IMG/VR virus record: IMGVR_UViG_3300009182_005502
Span: 1 to 54,686 of that record
Length of the DNA: 54,686 nucleotides
Origin: a virus
Lineage: Duplodnaviria; Caudoviricetes
Strand: one strand, 5' to 3'
The notes under the pieces are model-generated. The model was not told where the DNA came from. It saw only the letters and a list, made by a program, of their open reading frames with translations, and ran no database searches. Of the stretch, positions 9,090 to 19,682 are shown piece by piece. The translations under genes were made by a program, and so were the position numbers. Each line of letters opens with the position of its first letter. Within the stretch, counting starts at the first letter, position 1.

Positions 9090-9950
9090 CTACCAATAGC
9101 AACCACCTTCAATATTTTTATATTTTTGTGGTGTTTCCTCAATAGAGGGACTAATCCAATGTTCATTATAAAAATGTTTACCTATATTTCCTTCACTCCA
9201 TCTTCCTCCTTTAACACCAAATAGAAGTTGTAGAGGTCCTCCAACGTGTATAGCTTTTTTACCGTTTTTTCTAGCATGGGCAACCAACGGTAAGGACGAG
9301 GCACCAGAACCAACAAGCATTATATCGTAGTCAATAGTATCCATCAACGATTTATAATGTCTAACCATATCTAACCAACTATTAAATTCGCTAGGTTTAT
9401 CGATACCTGGAGAATGAGGATGCTTAAGAGTATAGAGATTAAATGTTGGTAAAATTCTAGGATCTTTCCAAATAAGATGTCTTTTATCGTACTGTTTCTT
9501 TATTGATTCTGTAAACGGTGAAATAACTAAAACGTTTTTACCTTCAAGATATTCAGACCAAGGGGATCCTGAATAAAAGGGTTCAATACTTTGAAGATCA
9601 ATTAACTCACAATTTGGTGAATAACTTTTTATATAAGATGCTTCAAAAGACATATTAAACATAGACCACCAAGCAAGAGAGTCTATATGTTTAATACTAT
9701 CTGTAACTTCCTTAATAAAATCAATACGAGCTTGCTCTGTCTGGGGAAATACACCAGCGTTGTTATATATTTCATCAACAACATTAGGCATCCATTGAAC
9801 TGATTGATTATTTTGCTTATACATATAGTAATTGTATATACACATTAATTCGCAATTGCCTATTTTACCGCAACCAAAAGGTTCCTCTTTCTTAAATTTA
9901 TTATAAAGATAAAAAGAACTATCAACAAACTCTTTTTTTAAAAATTGCAT
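9090..9950 (-). CDS. Putative glycosyltransferase (GT-D-like, polysaccharide-cluster protein)
   Basis: PWSEYLEGKNVLVISPF and AIHVGGPLQLLFG..GGRW motifs typical of glycan-locus proteins. Confidence 0.55.
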   Translation of the reverse strand: MQFLKKEFVDSSFYLYNKFKKEEPFGCGKIGNCELMCIYNYYMYKQNNQSVQWMPNVVDEIYNNAGVFPQTEQARIDFIKEVTDSIKHIDSLAWWSMFNMSFEASYIKSYSPNCELIDLQSIEPFYSGSPWSEYLEGKNVLVISPFTESIKKQYDKRHLIWKDPRILPTFNLYTLKHPHSPGIDKPSEFNSWLDMVRHYKSLMDTIDYDIMLVGSGASSLPLVAHARKNGKKAIHVGGPLQLLFGVKGGRWSEGNIGKHFYNEHWISPSIEETPQKYKNIEGGCYW

Positions 9951-9951
9951 T

Positions 9952-11037
9952 TTATAATTGAGAGAAAAGATTTAAAATATCCGACTTTACTTTTTCGTAA
10001 CTATAAAAATTATTATATTTCCAATTAGCTTTAGCTACATATTCTTTATAAAGATTTTTATCTGTTTCAAGTTGTTTCATCCTATTAGCGTAATCATTAA
10101 CATTATTTTCTACAAATCCACATCCTTCAACTTGTTCAACTTGTCCCATATTGCCTGCCTCATGCGTAATAACAGGTAAGTCATTCGATAGTGCTTCAAT
10201 AATAGCTAACGAACAAATCTCTCCATCACTTCTGGCGTGTGTATAGACATTTAAACTACTTAAAAAGTTATGTATATTTTCAGAGTTTGAATCATGCTCA
10301 ATAAATTTAATATTTTTTATATTAAGATGTCTTGCGTATTCTCTATGTTTTAAAGACCCTCCAAGCAATAAAAAGTAATTATTTTCGTTTTCAATTTGCT
10401 TATACGCCTCAAGCGATAAAGGTGAAAAAATACTTTCACTATTTCTTTGATGAAACCCGTATACAAATGTATCTTCAGATATACCAAGTTTTTTGCGAAC
10501 TGTAGAAGGTTTTTTAGGTGGTACTTCAACTACTACAGGTATAACAAGAAGTTTACTTGAATCACCTCCATTATTTACCCAAATATTAGCCTGCCAGCGA
10601 CTTATTAAGGCTTGTTTAAAAAAATTAGGTTGATCGAATGTATAAATACCGTTTTGTATATTAATTACTCTTGTCTTTTTAATAACATTAAACGGGTACT
10701 CTTCAACCCCTCTATTACCTATAACAATAGCATCATATTTACTTTCGTCAAATTTATCCCAAAGATCTGTATCTATCCAGGGTTGTTCATCTCTGCCCCC
10801 GATACGTCCTCCTACTTTAACTTCAATTGTATTAATACCGGCTTCTTGACAAATTTTAAGCATTAAAGGATCATTTTCGGCATGTCTATGACCGTCTGTA
10901 AAAGGGCAGTTGGTTGTGTAGTAATAATCAACATCGTACGAATTATTAACAAGAATTTTAGCTATGGACTGTAAATGTTTTTCAGTACCACCTGCTGCCA
11001 TACCACAAAATTTAATAAACGCAATTTTTTTCGACAT
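9952..11037 (-). CDS. Glycosyltransferase family 4
   Basis: GGTE N-terminal motif; GEICSLAIIEAL (EX7E) followed by LPVIT. Confidence 0.85.
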   Translation of the reverse strand: MSKKIAFIKFCGMAAGGTEKHLQSIAKILVNNSYDVDYYYTTNCPFTDGHRHAENDPLMLKICQEAGINTIEVKVGGRIGGRDEQPWIDTDLWDKFDESKYDAIVIGNRGVEEYPFNVIKKTRVINIQNGIYTFDQPNFFKQALISRWQANIWVNNGGDSSKLLVIPVVVEVPPKKPSTVRKKLGISEDTFVYGFHQRNSESIFSPLSLEAYKQIENENNYFLLLGGSLKHREYARHLNIKNIKFIEHDSNSENIHNFLSSLNVYTHARSDGEICSLAIIEALSNDLPVITHEAGNMGQVEQVEGCGFVENNVNDYANRMKQLETDKNLYKEYVAKANWKYNNFYSYEKVKSDILNLFSQL

Positions 11038-11038
11038 A

Positions 11039-11674
11039 CTATAACGATATTAGCGCAGGTGAATAAAATGTTTTATGCGCAAATATTTGATATCTATTTG
11101 GTTCGTGCTCTGTTATTATATTTTTACATTGCTTATAACCGTGATCGTTAAGATAACTAAAGTCGTCTGTTTTAATAAGTGTGCTTTCATCATACGGATG
11201 TATTTCAAGTAATATAAGATTGAATTTTGTGTAATTAAAATCAATACCTAATAATACATGATGTTCGTATCCTTCTGTATCAAGTGTCAGGAAATCAACA
11301 TGTGTTAAATTATGCTTTCTTAAGAGTGTATCTAAAGGACAGCATGGTACCTGATAACTTCTATATTGTCTTAAATGTAGAGCTGTTACGCCTGACTCTA
11401 GTCCTGAATTAGCGTGACCAAAATCAATAGTGTTATGCGGATAAGTTTTTTCTACTAAGGCATAATTTTCAAGTATACTCTTAGGTCTAGTTGTTTTATA
11501 TATTTCGTTATAATCTGTTATAGGTTCAACTAATAGACCTGACCATCCACAGTTTTCTAAAAAAGAAGTATTATTTTGATCATAAGGGTTGCTTGCTCCT
11601 GCTTCTACAAAAATTCCATCATTTTTTTGATTAAAAATATTATAAACAATACGATCTATTCCATGCTGTGACAT
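11039..11674 (-). CDS. FkbM-family methyltransferase
   Basis: GIFVEAGA, GWSGLLVEP, DFLTLDTEGYE. Confidence 0.9.
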   Translation of the reverse strand: MSQHGIDRIVYNIFNQKNDGIFVEAGASNPYDQNNTSFLENCGWSGLLVEPITDYNEIYKTTRPKSILENYALVEKTYPHNTIDFGHANSGLESGVTALHLRQYRSYQVPCCPLDTLLRKHNLTHVDFLTLDTEGYEHHVLLGIDFNYTKFNLILLEIHPYDESTLIKTDDFSYLNDHGYKQCKNIITEHEPNRYQIFAHKTFYSPALISL

Positions 11675-11681
11675 AACGATA

Positions 11682-11709
11682 ATTATACTATGTATATGTA
11701 ATTGTGCAA
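11682..11709 (-). promoter_or_regulatory. Sigma70-type promoter TTGCAC-N16-TATAAT
   Basis: Perfect -10 box ending 7 nt before ATG 11674. Confidence 0.6.
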
Positions 11710-11720
11710 TAAATTACATT

Positions 11721-12488
11721 TTAACCATAAGCTTCGCTAAATATTTCAACATTGTTTATAAGTGTATCTAATGTTTCATTGTTTAGCAAATTACATTCTA
11801 ATGTAACGTATTTATTATAGTTATATTTTTTAATTACAGAAGATATTTCTTTATTTTTTAATATATCTATACTCTTTAAGTACGGTGAACTAATATGTAT
11901 ATGTTCTATTAAACTTGCTCCGTTTTCAAAAATATGTTCCAAGCTCTCACTATTAAATATAGTCGTACTAATATCTAAAACTAATTTTAGATTTTCATGC
12001 TTAACATTATTAATAAAATTAATTGCTTCTGTTGTATTGGTAATAAAATTACAACCGTATTCTTTTGCATTAGCTTCTAAACAAACTATACAATCAAATG
12101 TTTTAGCCATATCTCCTATTTCTTTAAAAATTTCTATAGCTTTTTCAATTTTAAAATTATTAAAATCTTTAATAAATCTATTTTTTGGTGAACCGAAAAC
12201 TAAAGGTTTAATTTTTAATTTATTTGCTAATTTAAAAACTTCTTTAAGATGATTTAAGATTATTTGTTTTTCTATTTCTCCATCAAACAAAGAAACAGGC
12301 GGGCATGTATATAATAGAGATTGCATACCTACCATTTTTATATCAGCTTTATTATAATCGTTTTCTATCTCGTCGTTTATAAGAGACGGGGAAACATCAA
12401 CATTAGATATTTGATAACTTTTTAAGATATCGATAGCTTTTTTATTTTCAGATTGATTCCACCCTATATTAGATACGCTTAGATTCAT
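11721..12488 (-). CDS. Sugar phosphate isomerase/epimerase (xylose isomerase-like TIM barrel)
   Basis: SNIGW, LVFGSPKNR, CLEANAKEYGCNF, HIHISSP. Confidence 0.8.
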   Translation of the reverse strand: MNLSVSNIGWNQSENKKAIDILKSYQISNVDVSPSLINDEIENDYNKADIKMVGMQSLLYTCPPVSLFDGEIEKQIILNHLKEVFKLANKLKIKPLVFGSPKNRFIKDFNNFKIEKAIEIFKEIGDMAKTFDCIVCLEANAKEYGCNFITNTTEAINFINNVKHENLKLVLDISTTIFNSESLEHIFENGASLIEHIHISSPYLKSIDILKNKEISSVIKKYNYNKYVTLECNLLNNETLDTLINNVEIFSEAYG

Positions 12489-13230
12489 ATTCTTTTTTAA
12501 AATTTTTTAAATCCTCAATAATTTGTTTTTTATTATAAAAATATTTTTGTTTATTAGGGGCGTACTTAGAATGAAAATCGTTTTTAAAAAACGTATTATT
12601 GGGATCTAAATTAATATTAAAAACATCTTTATAAAAATCTCTAATTAGTAACGGTTCAGTAGCTAAGTTAACTAACTTATATTCTTTATCTATAAAGTTT
12701 AATAAATCAGCTCCTAAATTTTTTACATTGTAAATTTGTACAATAGCATTTCCATTTACTTTATGTACTTCATTATTATTCAATGCATCGAATATTATAT
12801 TCTTTTTAAGATCGTGACCGTACATAATAGGTAATCTTACTATTAAACAGGAAGGAAAAATATTTCTTATAGCTTTTTCTAAAAAAAATCTATTTTGACC
12901 ATAATGATTATTATTAATATCCTCTACAAATGTATCCTCATCTACGTCATACGGTTTTTGATAAACATCAATTGTTGAAAGTAATATAAACTTTTTTGCT
13001 TTAATTGTTTTTATATTTTCGATAAAAGATAGTATATTATTAAAATCCTCCTCGGGGTTTTTATTAACTAGCCATCTTGTTGATGAGTTACCCGCTGATA
13101 CAACTAAATCAAATTCTTTATTTTTTATTTCTAATATATTTTTAGAATTATAAAGAAAATTAAAATTAATCTGTTTTATAAGGTTTTGACCTATAAAACC
13201 GGTATAACCTATTAAAGCATTATTACTCAT
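12469..13230 (-). CDS. NAD-dependent epimerase/dehydratase family protein
   Basis: ALIGYTGFIG Rossmann motif, LSTIDVY, YGQNR. Confidence 0.85.
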   Translation of the reverse strand: MSNNALIGYTGFIGQNLIKQINFNFLYNSKNILEIKNKEFDLVVSAGNSSTRWLVNKNPEEDFNNILSFIENIKTIKAKKFILLSTIDVYQKPYDVDEDTFVEDINNNHYGQNRFFLEKAIRNIFPSCLIVRLPIMYGHDLKKNIIFDALNNNEVHKVNGNAIVQIYNVKNLGADLLNFIDKEYKLVNLATEPLLIRDFYKDVFNINLDPNNTFFKNDFHSKYAPNKQKYFYNKKQIIEDLKNFKKEYESKRI

Positions 13231-14299
13231 CTTGTATTATTTTAGCAAACTCAGAGGCCATGAGTGGAGCTGATATTAATTTACCTTCTTTTATAGAATA
13301 AAAATCTATTTCGTAATCATGTTTTACAATTTTTGTTACTCTAGAATCTCCTTTTGCACTTAGGGGTATTGGTCTATTACCGTATAAAGAATATTTGTAT
13401 TTTAATTTGCTAAAGAAAGGATAATACTTTAAACCGTGTTTTAATATTTTTTTCCAATTACTTTTTAAAGCTGTACTCTGTCTATATAGTATACCTGTTT
13501 TTTTCTTAATAACAGAATTAACAACATCGTAAATAAGATAAAGATTTTTGTATCCGGAGTATGGTAATATACTAATAAACGGTCCATCCATTACTGTTAG
13601 TGCAGGTATTTTTGTAGTTGATTCAACAACTGCTATTTCTGTTTCTTCAAAATAATATCTTGTATATCCATCTTTAATACCAAACAGTTTAAGTACATTA
13701 TTACTATTAGTATATGTACAATTTATTATTAAATCTGTGTTTATTGTTATATCTTTGTCAAATGATTTTAAAATAATATTTTTATTAATTTTCTTAACTT
13801 TTTTAATTTTGAAATTTAAAACTATTTTTACTTTTAAATCTTTTAATTCTTTTTTAATTTTTTTTCTAAACTTAGGAACATTAATACAAGCCTCATTAAC
13901 TTTAAAAGAATCTTCTATATCAATTCTATTTAAAAAGTTTTGATCAGGCCAAGAGGTATTGCAACTAAGACCCTCTTTTAGCATTACTTTTTTAAATAAT
14001 TTAGAGTCTATTTTAGATTTTTTTTCTATTACATAATAAAAATCAGGAAATATAAGACAATCTTTATATTTTTTTATAAAAAAATCGTAACCGCTTTTAC
14101 ATTCATGAATTGTTTCTACCGATCTAGGGTAATGATAACCTAAATGTATTCTATTATGCGTGCAATTTGAAGTACCTAATAAAATATCTTTGTTTGTATC
14201 AACTATTACAACATTATTATTTTTCGCTAATTCTAATGCTAAAGTAACTCCGTGAATTCCTGCTCCAATAATTAAAATATTTTTTCTACTATAATTCAT
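13223..14299 (-). CDS. FAD-dependent oxidoreductase (DAO-like)
   Basis: IIGAGIHG, RIHLGYHYPRS, TVMDGPF. Confidence 0.85.
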   Translation of the reverse strand: MNYSRKNILIIGAGIHGVTLALELAKNNNVVIVDTNKDILLGTSNCTHNRIHLGYHYPRSVETIHECKSGYDFFIKKYKDCLIFPDFYYVIEKKSKIDSKLFKKVMLKEGLSCNTSWPDQNFLNRIDIEDSFKVNEACINVPKFRKKIKKELKDLKVKIVLNFKIKKVKKINKNIILKSFDKDITINTDLIINCTYTNSNNVLKLFGIKDGYTRYYFEETEIAVVESTTKIPALTVMDGPFISILPYSGYKNLYLIYDVVNSVIKKKTGILYRQSTALKSNWKKILKHGLKYYPFFSKLKYKYSLYGNRPIPLSAKGDSRVTKIVKHDYEIDFYSIKEGKLISAPLMASEFAKIIQDE

Positions 14300-15147
14300 A
14301 GTATATTCTTAACCATAAATTCAATTAAGGGAGCTATAGTAGGTTCATTACCTTCAAACAAATAACTGGATGTTATAGATTTATATGCAACATCATCATT
14401 ATCCAATTCAATTATCCTCTCAACAAACTTGTCTACGCTTTTAAAGTTATAAAGATTTAAAAACGCATTCTTGTTGTAATCCTTTTCGCAATTATTATCA
14501 GCCCAGTAGAGAGGTAAACATCCGGCAGCTTTAGCATGAGGCATTCGATCTGTATAATAACCAGGAGCAATAGTGTTTTCAAAGCAAATATTAAATTTGT
14601 AATTTGATATTAAGTTTATTTTAACATCTTCACCATAAAACCAATTATTAAATGGCTTACCAAAGCAGTGTACTTGTTTATATTTACCTAATTTTGCAAC
14701 AATTTCATACCTGTGAGGAGAATCAGTATTAAAAACAATAGCACAAAATTCGTTTTTCGGTTTGTGCATTAAAGGGTTATCTTTTATATCTTGAAAAGGT
14801 ATAACATATTGCGGATTTCCGTAATTTACCTTATTAAACCAATCTATTTGTAACATCCAAAGAGGTAGGCGAAAATTCTTACCGTTGTAATCTTCAAAAT
14901 CAAACGTGAGAGAGTAATCACATTCGTTAAAATTTGGTCTATGATTTTCACCTGTATAAAATACTTTTTTTGTTTTAGTGCGATTTGCACGATGATGATC
15001 ATGACCAAAACATGAATATATTAATAAATCTGTCTCATCGTTAAGAGGTGTTATTTCAACATCAGGTCTAATAGATTTAATTAAATCCCTAAAAAAATTA
15101 TTTTCGTGTTGAAACCCTCCCCAAAAATCACAAAATGACAGTTTCAT
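14296..15147 (-). CDS. Glycosyltransferase family 10 (alpha-1,3-fucosyltransferase-like)
   Basis: FYTGEN, YKFNICFEN..PGYYT motif; start moved to ATG 15147 (MKLSFCDFW). Confidence 0.85.
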   Translation of the reverse strand: MKLSFCDFWGGFQHENNFFRDLIKSIRPDVEITPLNDETDLLIYSCFGHDHHRANRTKTKKVFYTGENHRPNFNECDYSLTFDFEDYNGKNFRLPLWMLQIDWFNKVNYGNPQYVIPFQDIKDNPLMHKPKNEFCAIVFNTDSPHRYEIVAKLGKYKQVHCFGKPFNNWFYGEDVKINLISNYKFNICFENTIAPGYYTDRMPHAKAAGCLPLYWADNNCEKDYNKNAFLNLYNFKSVDKFVERIIELDNDDVAYKSITSSYLFEGNEPTIAPLIEFMVKNIL

Positions 15148-15151
15148 AAAT

Positions 15152-15763
15152 TTATTTCTTACAAGCAGCGATATAAGTACCGCACCACCACTCATTCCTA
15201 TTACCTGCACTTGTTAAATATTCAGAATACTCAATTTTTATTTTCTTATCACTTAAGGCCATTTGTGTAGCACTCTGTATTTTTTTCTCATCGTAATCAT
15301 CAACAACTAATATAAATTCATCTGCTAGAGATTCATAAAAGTAAATTATAGAATCGTAGTGTTGTTCCCAGAGATGACCTCCGTCATACAAGTATAAATT
15401 AATATCAGTGATATTATTAGCTTTTAAATCTATAGTAAAAGAGTCTTGATTAATAAAATTAGGTTCTTCTTTTATAATATTTCTAAAATTATTATAAAAT
15501 TCAGTTGTACAATTACCATGACAGCTCCAATCGTCTACTGTAACATAAAATTCAGGTTTATTACCGTAAATAGCCGAAATAACCGTTGAACCTTTCCATG
15601 TACCTATATCTAAATAACGTGTTTTACTATCTACTAAATTATTTAGTAAATGTCTAAATTTTGTTGATGACATACCTTCAACACTTAGTATTTCCGGAGG
15701 TAATTTTGATTTGTGTTGTTTAGCTAAATCAATAGCATTTATTATTTTTGTAATGTTATTCAT
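15152..15763 (-). CDS. Class I SAM-dependent methyltransferase
   Basis: YLDIGTWKGST, YDGGH, VVDD. Confidence 0.8.
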   Translation of the reverse strand: MNNITKIINAIDLAKQHKSKLPPEILSVEGMSSTKFRHLLNNLVDSKTRYLDIGTWKGSTVISAIYGNKPEFYVTVDDWSCHGNCTTEFYNNFRNIIKEEPNFINQDSFTIDLKANNITDINLYLYDGGHLWEQHYDSIIYFYESLADEFILVVDDYDEKKIQSATQMALSDKKIKIEYSEYLTSAGNRNEWWCGTYIAACKK

Positions 15764-15768
15764 AATTT

Positions 15769-16389
15769 TTATCTTATACTTGTTGGAAATTTAAAATAAG
15801 GTGTTTCACCGATAGATCCTTGATGCAAACCAGGCTCTAACCAACATGTCTTAAGGTTATGCTCTGTAATAATATCATTAAGTTTGTGATCGTAACCCCT
15901 ATAAGGTCCTTTATGTAAACTATCTAAAACAATATTAATACTTTTTGCTGTATACATTATAGCGTGTGCACATCGTGTTCTAAACCTTGGTTCATAATAA
16001 ACGTTTGAACCGTTTAATACGGTAGGTCGTTCGTTAAACGCTGTACCTATCATTAATAAATCTCCATTAAGATTTTTAAATTGTGAAAAAAATGTATTAA
16101 AATATTCTTTAAAAGAATTGCAAAGGATTATATCATCTTCAAAAATAATACAATATTCACTATTAGTAGATTGTGCTCTTTTAAGTGCTTGTTCAAATTT
16201 TAAGCAAAGAGAGTACTCTCTTACTGTAATTGTATCACTATCAGGTTTTTGAATTTCTTCAGGAGGAAAGTCTTCCACAAATTCATAATATAAATCTTGT
16301 TTTTTAAATTGTTCTTCTAAAAAAATCTTACGATCAACATTTGGTTTATGATGAACAATATAAATAGGTATTTTATTTTGTATTAACAT
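15769..16389 (-). CDS. Glycosyltransferase family 25-like
   Basis: IYIVH..DRK, SLCLK, IIFEDD. Confidence 0.75.
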   Translation of the reverse strand: MLIQNKIPIYIVHHKPNVDRKIFLEEQFKKQDLYYEFVEDFPPEEIQKPDSDTITVREYSLCLKFEQALKRAQSTNSEYCIIFEDDIILCNSFKEYFNTFFSQFKNLNGDLLMIGTAFNERPTVLNGSNVYYEPRFRTRCAHAIMYTAKSINIVLDSLHKGPYRGYDHKLNDIITEHNLKTCWLEPGLHQGSIGETPYFKFPTSIR

Positions 16390-17194
16390 AATCCAGCCAT
16401 TCTTTAAAGCGCCAGCCTGTACCCTTAGAGGTATCTCCTCCTACAAAGTGTCTTGCTATAACTTTATCTTTTGTCGTTCTAATAATATCGTACGTATCGG
16501 GTACTCCGTTGTTACCTGTTTCTTCAACAAGATGAGTTACATTCCATTCAACTGGTAATATTTCGGTATTATCCATAATTTCGTCTAACTCAAAGATAGT
16601 ATTTTCCTTTCTTGTATGGAACCCGTAATTTGGTAAATCAAAATATGGGACCCAGCTATGAGCGGGTAAACCTACACAATGATAATAGGCATCCTGATCG
16701 TGATCATAAAGAGGGTGATACCCGTTAAAGTTTTCTTTCCAAACAGGGAAGCTTCTAAGTTTCTCATATCTTTCCTTTGAAAGAATTGCGTTAATTAGCT
16801 TCTTTGTATAATCGTTAATCTTTAACGAAAATAAACCTGTATTGTGAGAATTGCCTGAATCAATTGCGTAGGTAAAACTCTTATTTGTAATAAGAGGTTG
16901 ATCTAGCTTAGCAATAAAAACGTCGCAATCAGTATACGTAACTATATCCCCGTCTTTAAGTTTACCTGCCTTAATACCTTCATTAATAAGCCACCAACGG
17001 GAGAACCTCTTATCGTTACTAAGATCGTGCGGTATAACAATAGGTTGAGGAACTGAAGAGGTCTTAGGTGTTACTTCGATAAATTTAAAATCGTGAAGCT
17101 TACAATATTCTCGAATTCTGGGTGCATTATATGTTTCATAGAGATACTGTCTGTTATCAGGGTACTCTGCTAGTGTAATAAAATATTTGTTCAT
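16373..17194 (-). CDS. GT-A glycosyltransferase (GT34-like)
   Basis: DCD (DxD) motif, HNTG, DQ, LPVEWN, RHF. Confidence 0.6.
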   Translation of the reverse strand: MNKYFITLAEYPDNRQYLYETYNAPRIREYCKLHDFKFIEVTPKTSSVPQPIVIPHDLSNDKRFSRWWLINEGIKAGKLKDGDIVTYTDCDVFIAKLDQPLITNKSFTYAIDSGNSHNTGLFSLKINDYTKKLINAILSKERYEKLRSFPVWKENFNGYHPLYDHDQDAYYHCVGLPAHSWVPYFDLPNYGFHTRKENTIFELDEIMDNTEILPVEWNVTHLVEETGNNGVPDTYDIIRTTKDKVIARHFVGGDTSKGTGWRFKEWLDYVNTK

Positions 17195-17979
17195 AATGTT
17201 TGTTTAATAAGATCTCTATAAAAGCCAAATTCTGATTTAGATTTGTTTTTTTGCTGAAGATCACTATATTTACTCAACATATCAATATTATACAAGTCTT
17301 CCCATTTATCAATAAACAAAATTGGACAATCTTTAAAAAAAATCATCGGTACACTTTTTAAAACAATAGGTACTGTACCCACGTAAATTGATTCCCATAT
17401 TCGATGACAATCTATACTATTACCGGGCGGGGAAACAACAAAATTAAATGTTGCTAATGTTTCAAGATAATTTCGATAATTCTTCTTATCTTTTTCAACA
17501 TAGAGACCTTTAACATCCTTTAAGATATTATTAACACCTTGTCTTTGATTGAGATTTGTTCCTTGATCGAAATTAGAATATATTAGCCCTGTTTTTTTAT
17601 TTTCATTATTAGCTATATCAAGTACAGCTTGCTTATTACCGTGAGGCCAGCATTCATTAGCAATACCAATTGGTATTGTTTGTAGCTTGTCATGTATAAT
17701 GTGACAATTCATTCCAAACCAGCGTTTTAGAAAACGATTATTTAATATCGGTGTACATGATTCATTAATAGGTGCATCAGCATCATGTGTTATTAACACA
17801 AAATCGTAATTTATATGTGGTAAATAACGGTGTTGAAATTCTTGTATATAATCTGTCTTAACAAAAAATATATTTTTTTCAGGAGTAATTTGAATACCGG
17901 AATTACGTCTTTCACTCATACAATTATGAGCTAAGGATATAAATTTGTCTGGAGTAATAATATCGTCAACAATTAACAT
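17191..17979 (-). CDS. Exostosin/GT47-like glycosyltransferase
   Basis: IPIGIAN, FVVSPPGNSIDCHRIWES..GTVPI. Confidence 0.7.
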   Translation of the reverse strand: MLIVDDIITPDKFISLAHNCMSERRNSGIQITPEKNIFFVKTDYIQEFQHRYLPHINYDFVLITHDADAPINESCTPILNNRFLKRWFGMNCHIIHDKLQTIPIGIANECWPHGNKQAVLDIANNENKKTGLIYSNFDQGTNLNQRQGVNNILKDVKGLYVEKDKKNYRNYLETLATFNFVVSPPGNSIDCHRIWESIYVGTVPIVLKSVPMIFFKDCPILFIDKWEDLYNIDMLSKYSDLQQKNKSKSEFGFYRDLIKQTL

Positions 17980-18886
17980 TATCTAAGAAAGGTATGATAG
18001 CTTTTTTGTTATGCATATGCAAATTAAAGATGGGTATTTGAGTGTTAGTTGCATTAACAATAACATACGGTTTTTTATTTACAAGAGTAGGAGTAATTTG
18101 TTTATTAATAATTTGCTCTCCTACAAAATGTCTCTGCTCAAAGTAACCTGCAGGATGACCTTGATTGGTACCAAAAAAATACATACCGTAAGGATTAGGA
18201 TCTATAACTGTCTGTAACTTATCAAAATTTTCTGAATACGTACCACTAGGTACGCACGGTAGCATTTTAAAATTTTTCTTATTACGGTAAATAATATCTA
18301 AGAAAGCCATATCTGTTATCCAGTTTGCAAAATGACCTGTATACGAGCGAAGTTCAGCTTCTCCTTTTAAAAAAAGTTTTTTATGTAAATTAAAAAGTGT
18401 TAAAGCTGCTTGTTTGTCTTTTATAAACATAAAGCAAGGAGCACAAGCATTTGGAGCTTCATTACTATACCCAAACTCTACATCATTAAATATAGAATCT
18501 AATTTTGAGACTGGTTCAAATAAAATATTATCAGCTTCGACATGTAACACATTTTTTAAATCATTTTTAATAACACAAATTAATAATAAAATAACTCTTA
18601 TTGTTGTATTAAACCAGAACGGGTCGTTCATATAACGGCTCCATTTTTTATTTAAAATATCAATAATTTCTTTATACTCTTCAGTATCTTTAATTGTATC
18701 TACATTAATACAGGTATCATCAAAACAGTATTTACTTTGAGTAATAAAAAAAGAATTATCTGTTAATTTTTTATTATGCTTATATGTAGCTACGTAGTAA
18801 TCCGGTAAATTAGTATACGTATAAGGATTAACAGCTGCTTCCCTATAAAAATTATTATCTAAAAAAACGTATAAAAGATTATTCAT
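17966..18886 (-). CDS. Putative glycosyltransferase
   Basis: FWFNTTIR, LHVEADN, TDM, FNLHMH; glycan-cluster context. Confidence 0.5.
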   Translation of the reverse strand: MNNLLYVFLDNNFYREAAVNPYTYTNLPDYYVATYKHNKKLTDNSFFITQSKYCFDDTCINVDTIKDTEEYKEIIDILNKKWSRYMNDPFWFNTTIRVILLLICVIKNDLKNVLHVEADNILFEPVSKLDSIFNDVEFGYSNEAPNACAPCFMFIKDKQAALTLFNLHKKLFLKGEAELRSYTGHFANWITDMAFLDIIYRNKKNFKMLPCVPSGTYSENFDKLQTVIDPNPYGMYFFGTNQGHPAGYFEQRHFVGEQIINKQITPTLVNKKPYVIVNATNTQIPIFNLHMHNKKAIIPFLDNVNC

Positions 18887-19682
18887 ATTTACTAACTACA
18901 AACTCCTTTAACCCTTTTTTCTTATCAAACTGATGTATTATTACAAACGGGTTGCTTGTGTACGGGTTATATATAATATTATCTTTTACCCATAAAGAGA
19001 GATCTTGTATTTCATCTTCCTGAGAAAGATGCACAATAAAATCATTACCGTGTGGTAGTAATTTAAAATCTAATTCTTTTGTAATATAAGTAAAGTGATT
19101 TAAGATTACTTGATCATAGGCAAAATAATTCTGACGAGCTAAAACAATTGCTAATTCTTTTGCAACCTTTTTTTGATATTCAATAAGGCTTTCAATAGGG
19201 CCAATAGTTACTCCACAATTAAGAATCTTTTTATCCTTTACCTGATTAAAAGTAGAAGCGTAACCCTGATTATACCAAATACTGTTTGTTTGACAATCTC
19301 TATAGTAATGTCTTTCTTCTCCTAGAACTAATTCATTCTCTGTATAATTTTTTTTGTATACAATAAAAGGATCGTCTTGAAAAATTACATCAACATCGGT
19401 TAATAATGTTTTAGTATATTTTTTATCTTTATTAAGCTCTTTTAAATACAAATAAAAGAGAATAGGTTTAAGATTATAAGGTGTAAGGCTTGCAACATTA
19501 TACTTTTTTGCTAACTCACTAAAATTAACAATATGTAATTTATTAGAAGTAATAGGTATCTGCTCAGATGTAAGATCTGTTATTAAAAATAAATCTGCAT
19601 CAACCTTATCTATAAAACTCTTTAAATATGGCTTAAGATAGGTATATGGAAAATTAAGTGATAGGGCAATTGCAGCGTTCAT
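18879..19682 (-). CDS. GT-A glycosyltransferase
   Basis: TDVDVIFQDDPF, LNCGV, DQVILN, IIHQFD. Confidence 0.7.
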   Translation of the reverse strand: MNAAIALSLNFPYTYLKPYLKSFIDKVDADLFLITDLTSEQIPITSNKLHIVNFSELAKKYNVASLTPYNLKPILFYLYLKELNKDKKYTKTLLTDVDVIFQDDPFIVYKKNYTENELVLGEERHYYRDCQTNSIWYNQGYASTFNQVKDKKILNCGVTIGPIESLIEYQKKVAKELAIVLARQNYFAYDQVILNHFTYITKELDFKLLPHGNDFIVHLSQEDEIQDLSLWVKDNIIYNPYTSNPFVIIHQFDKKKGLKEFVVSKYE

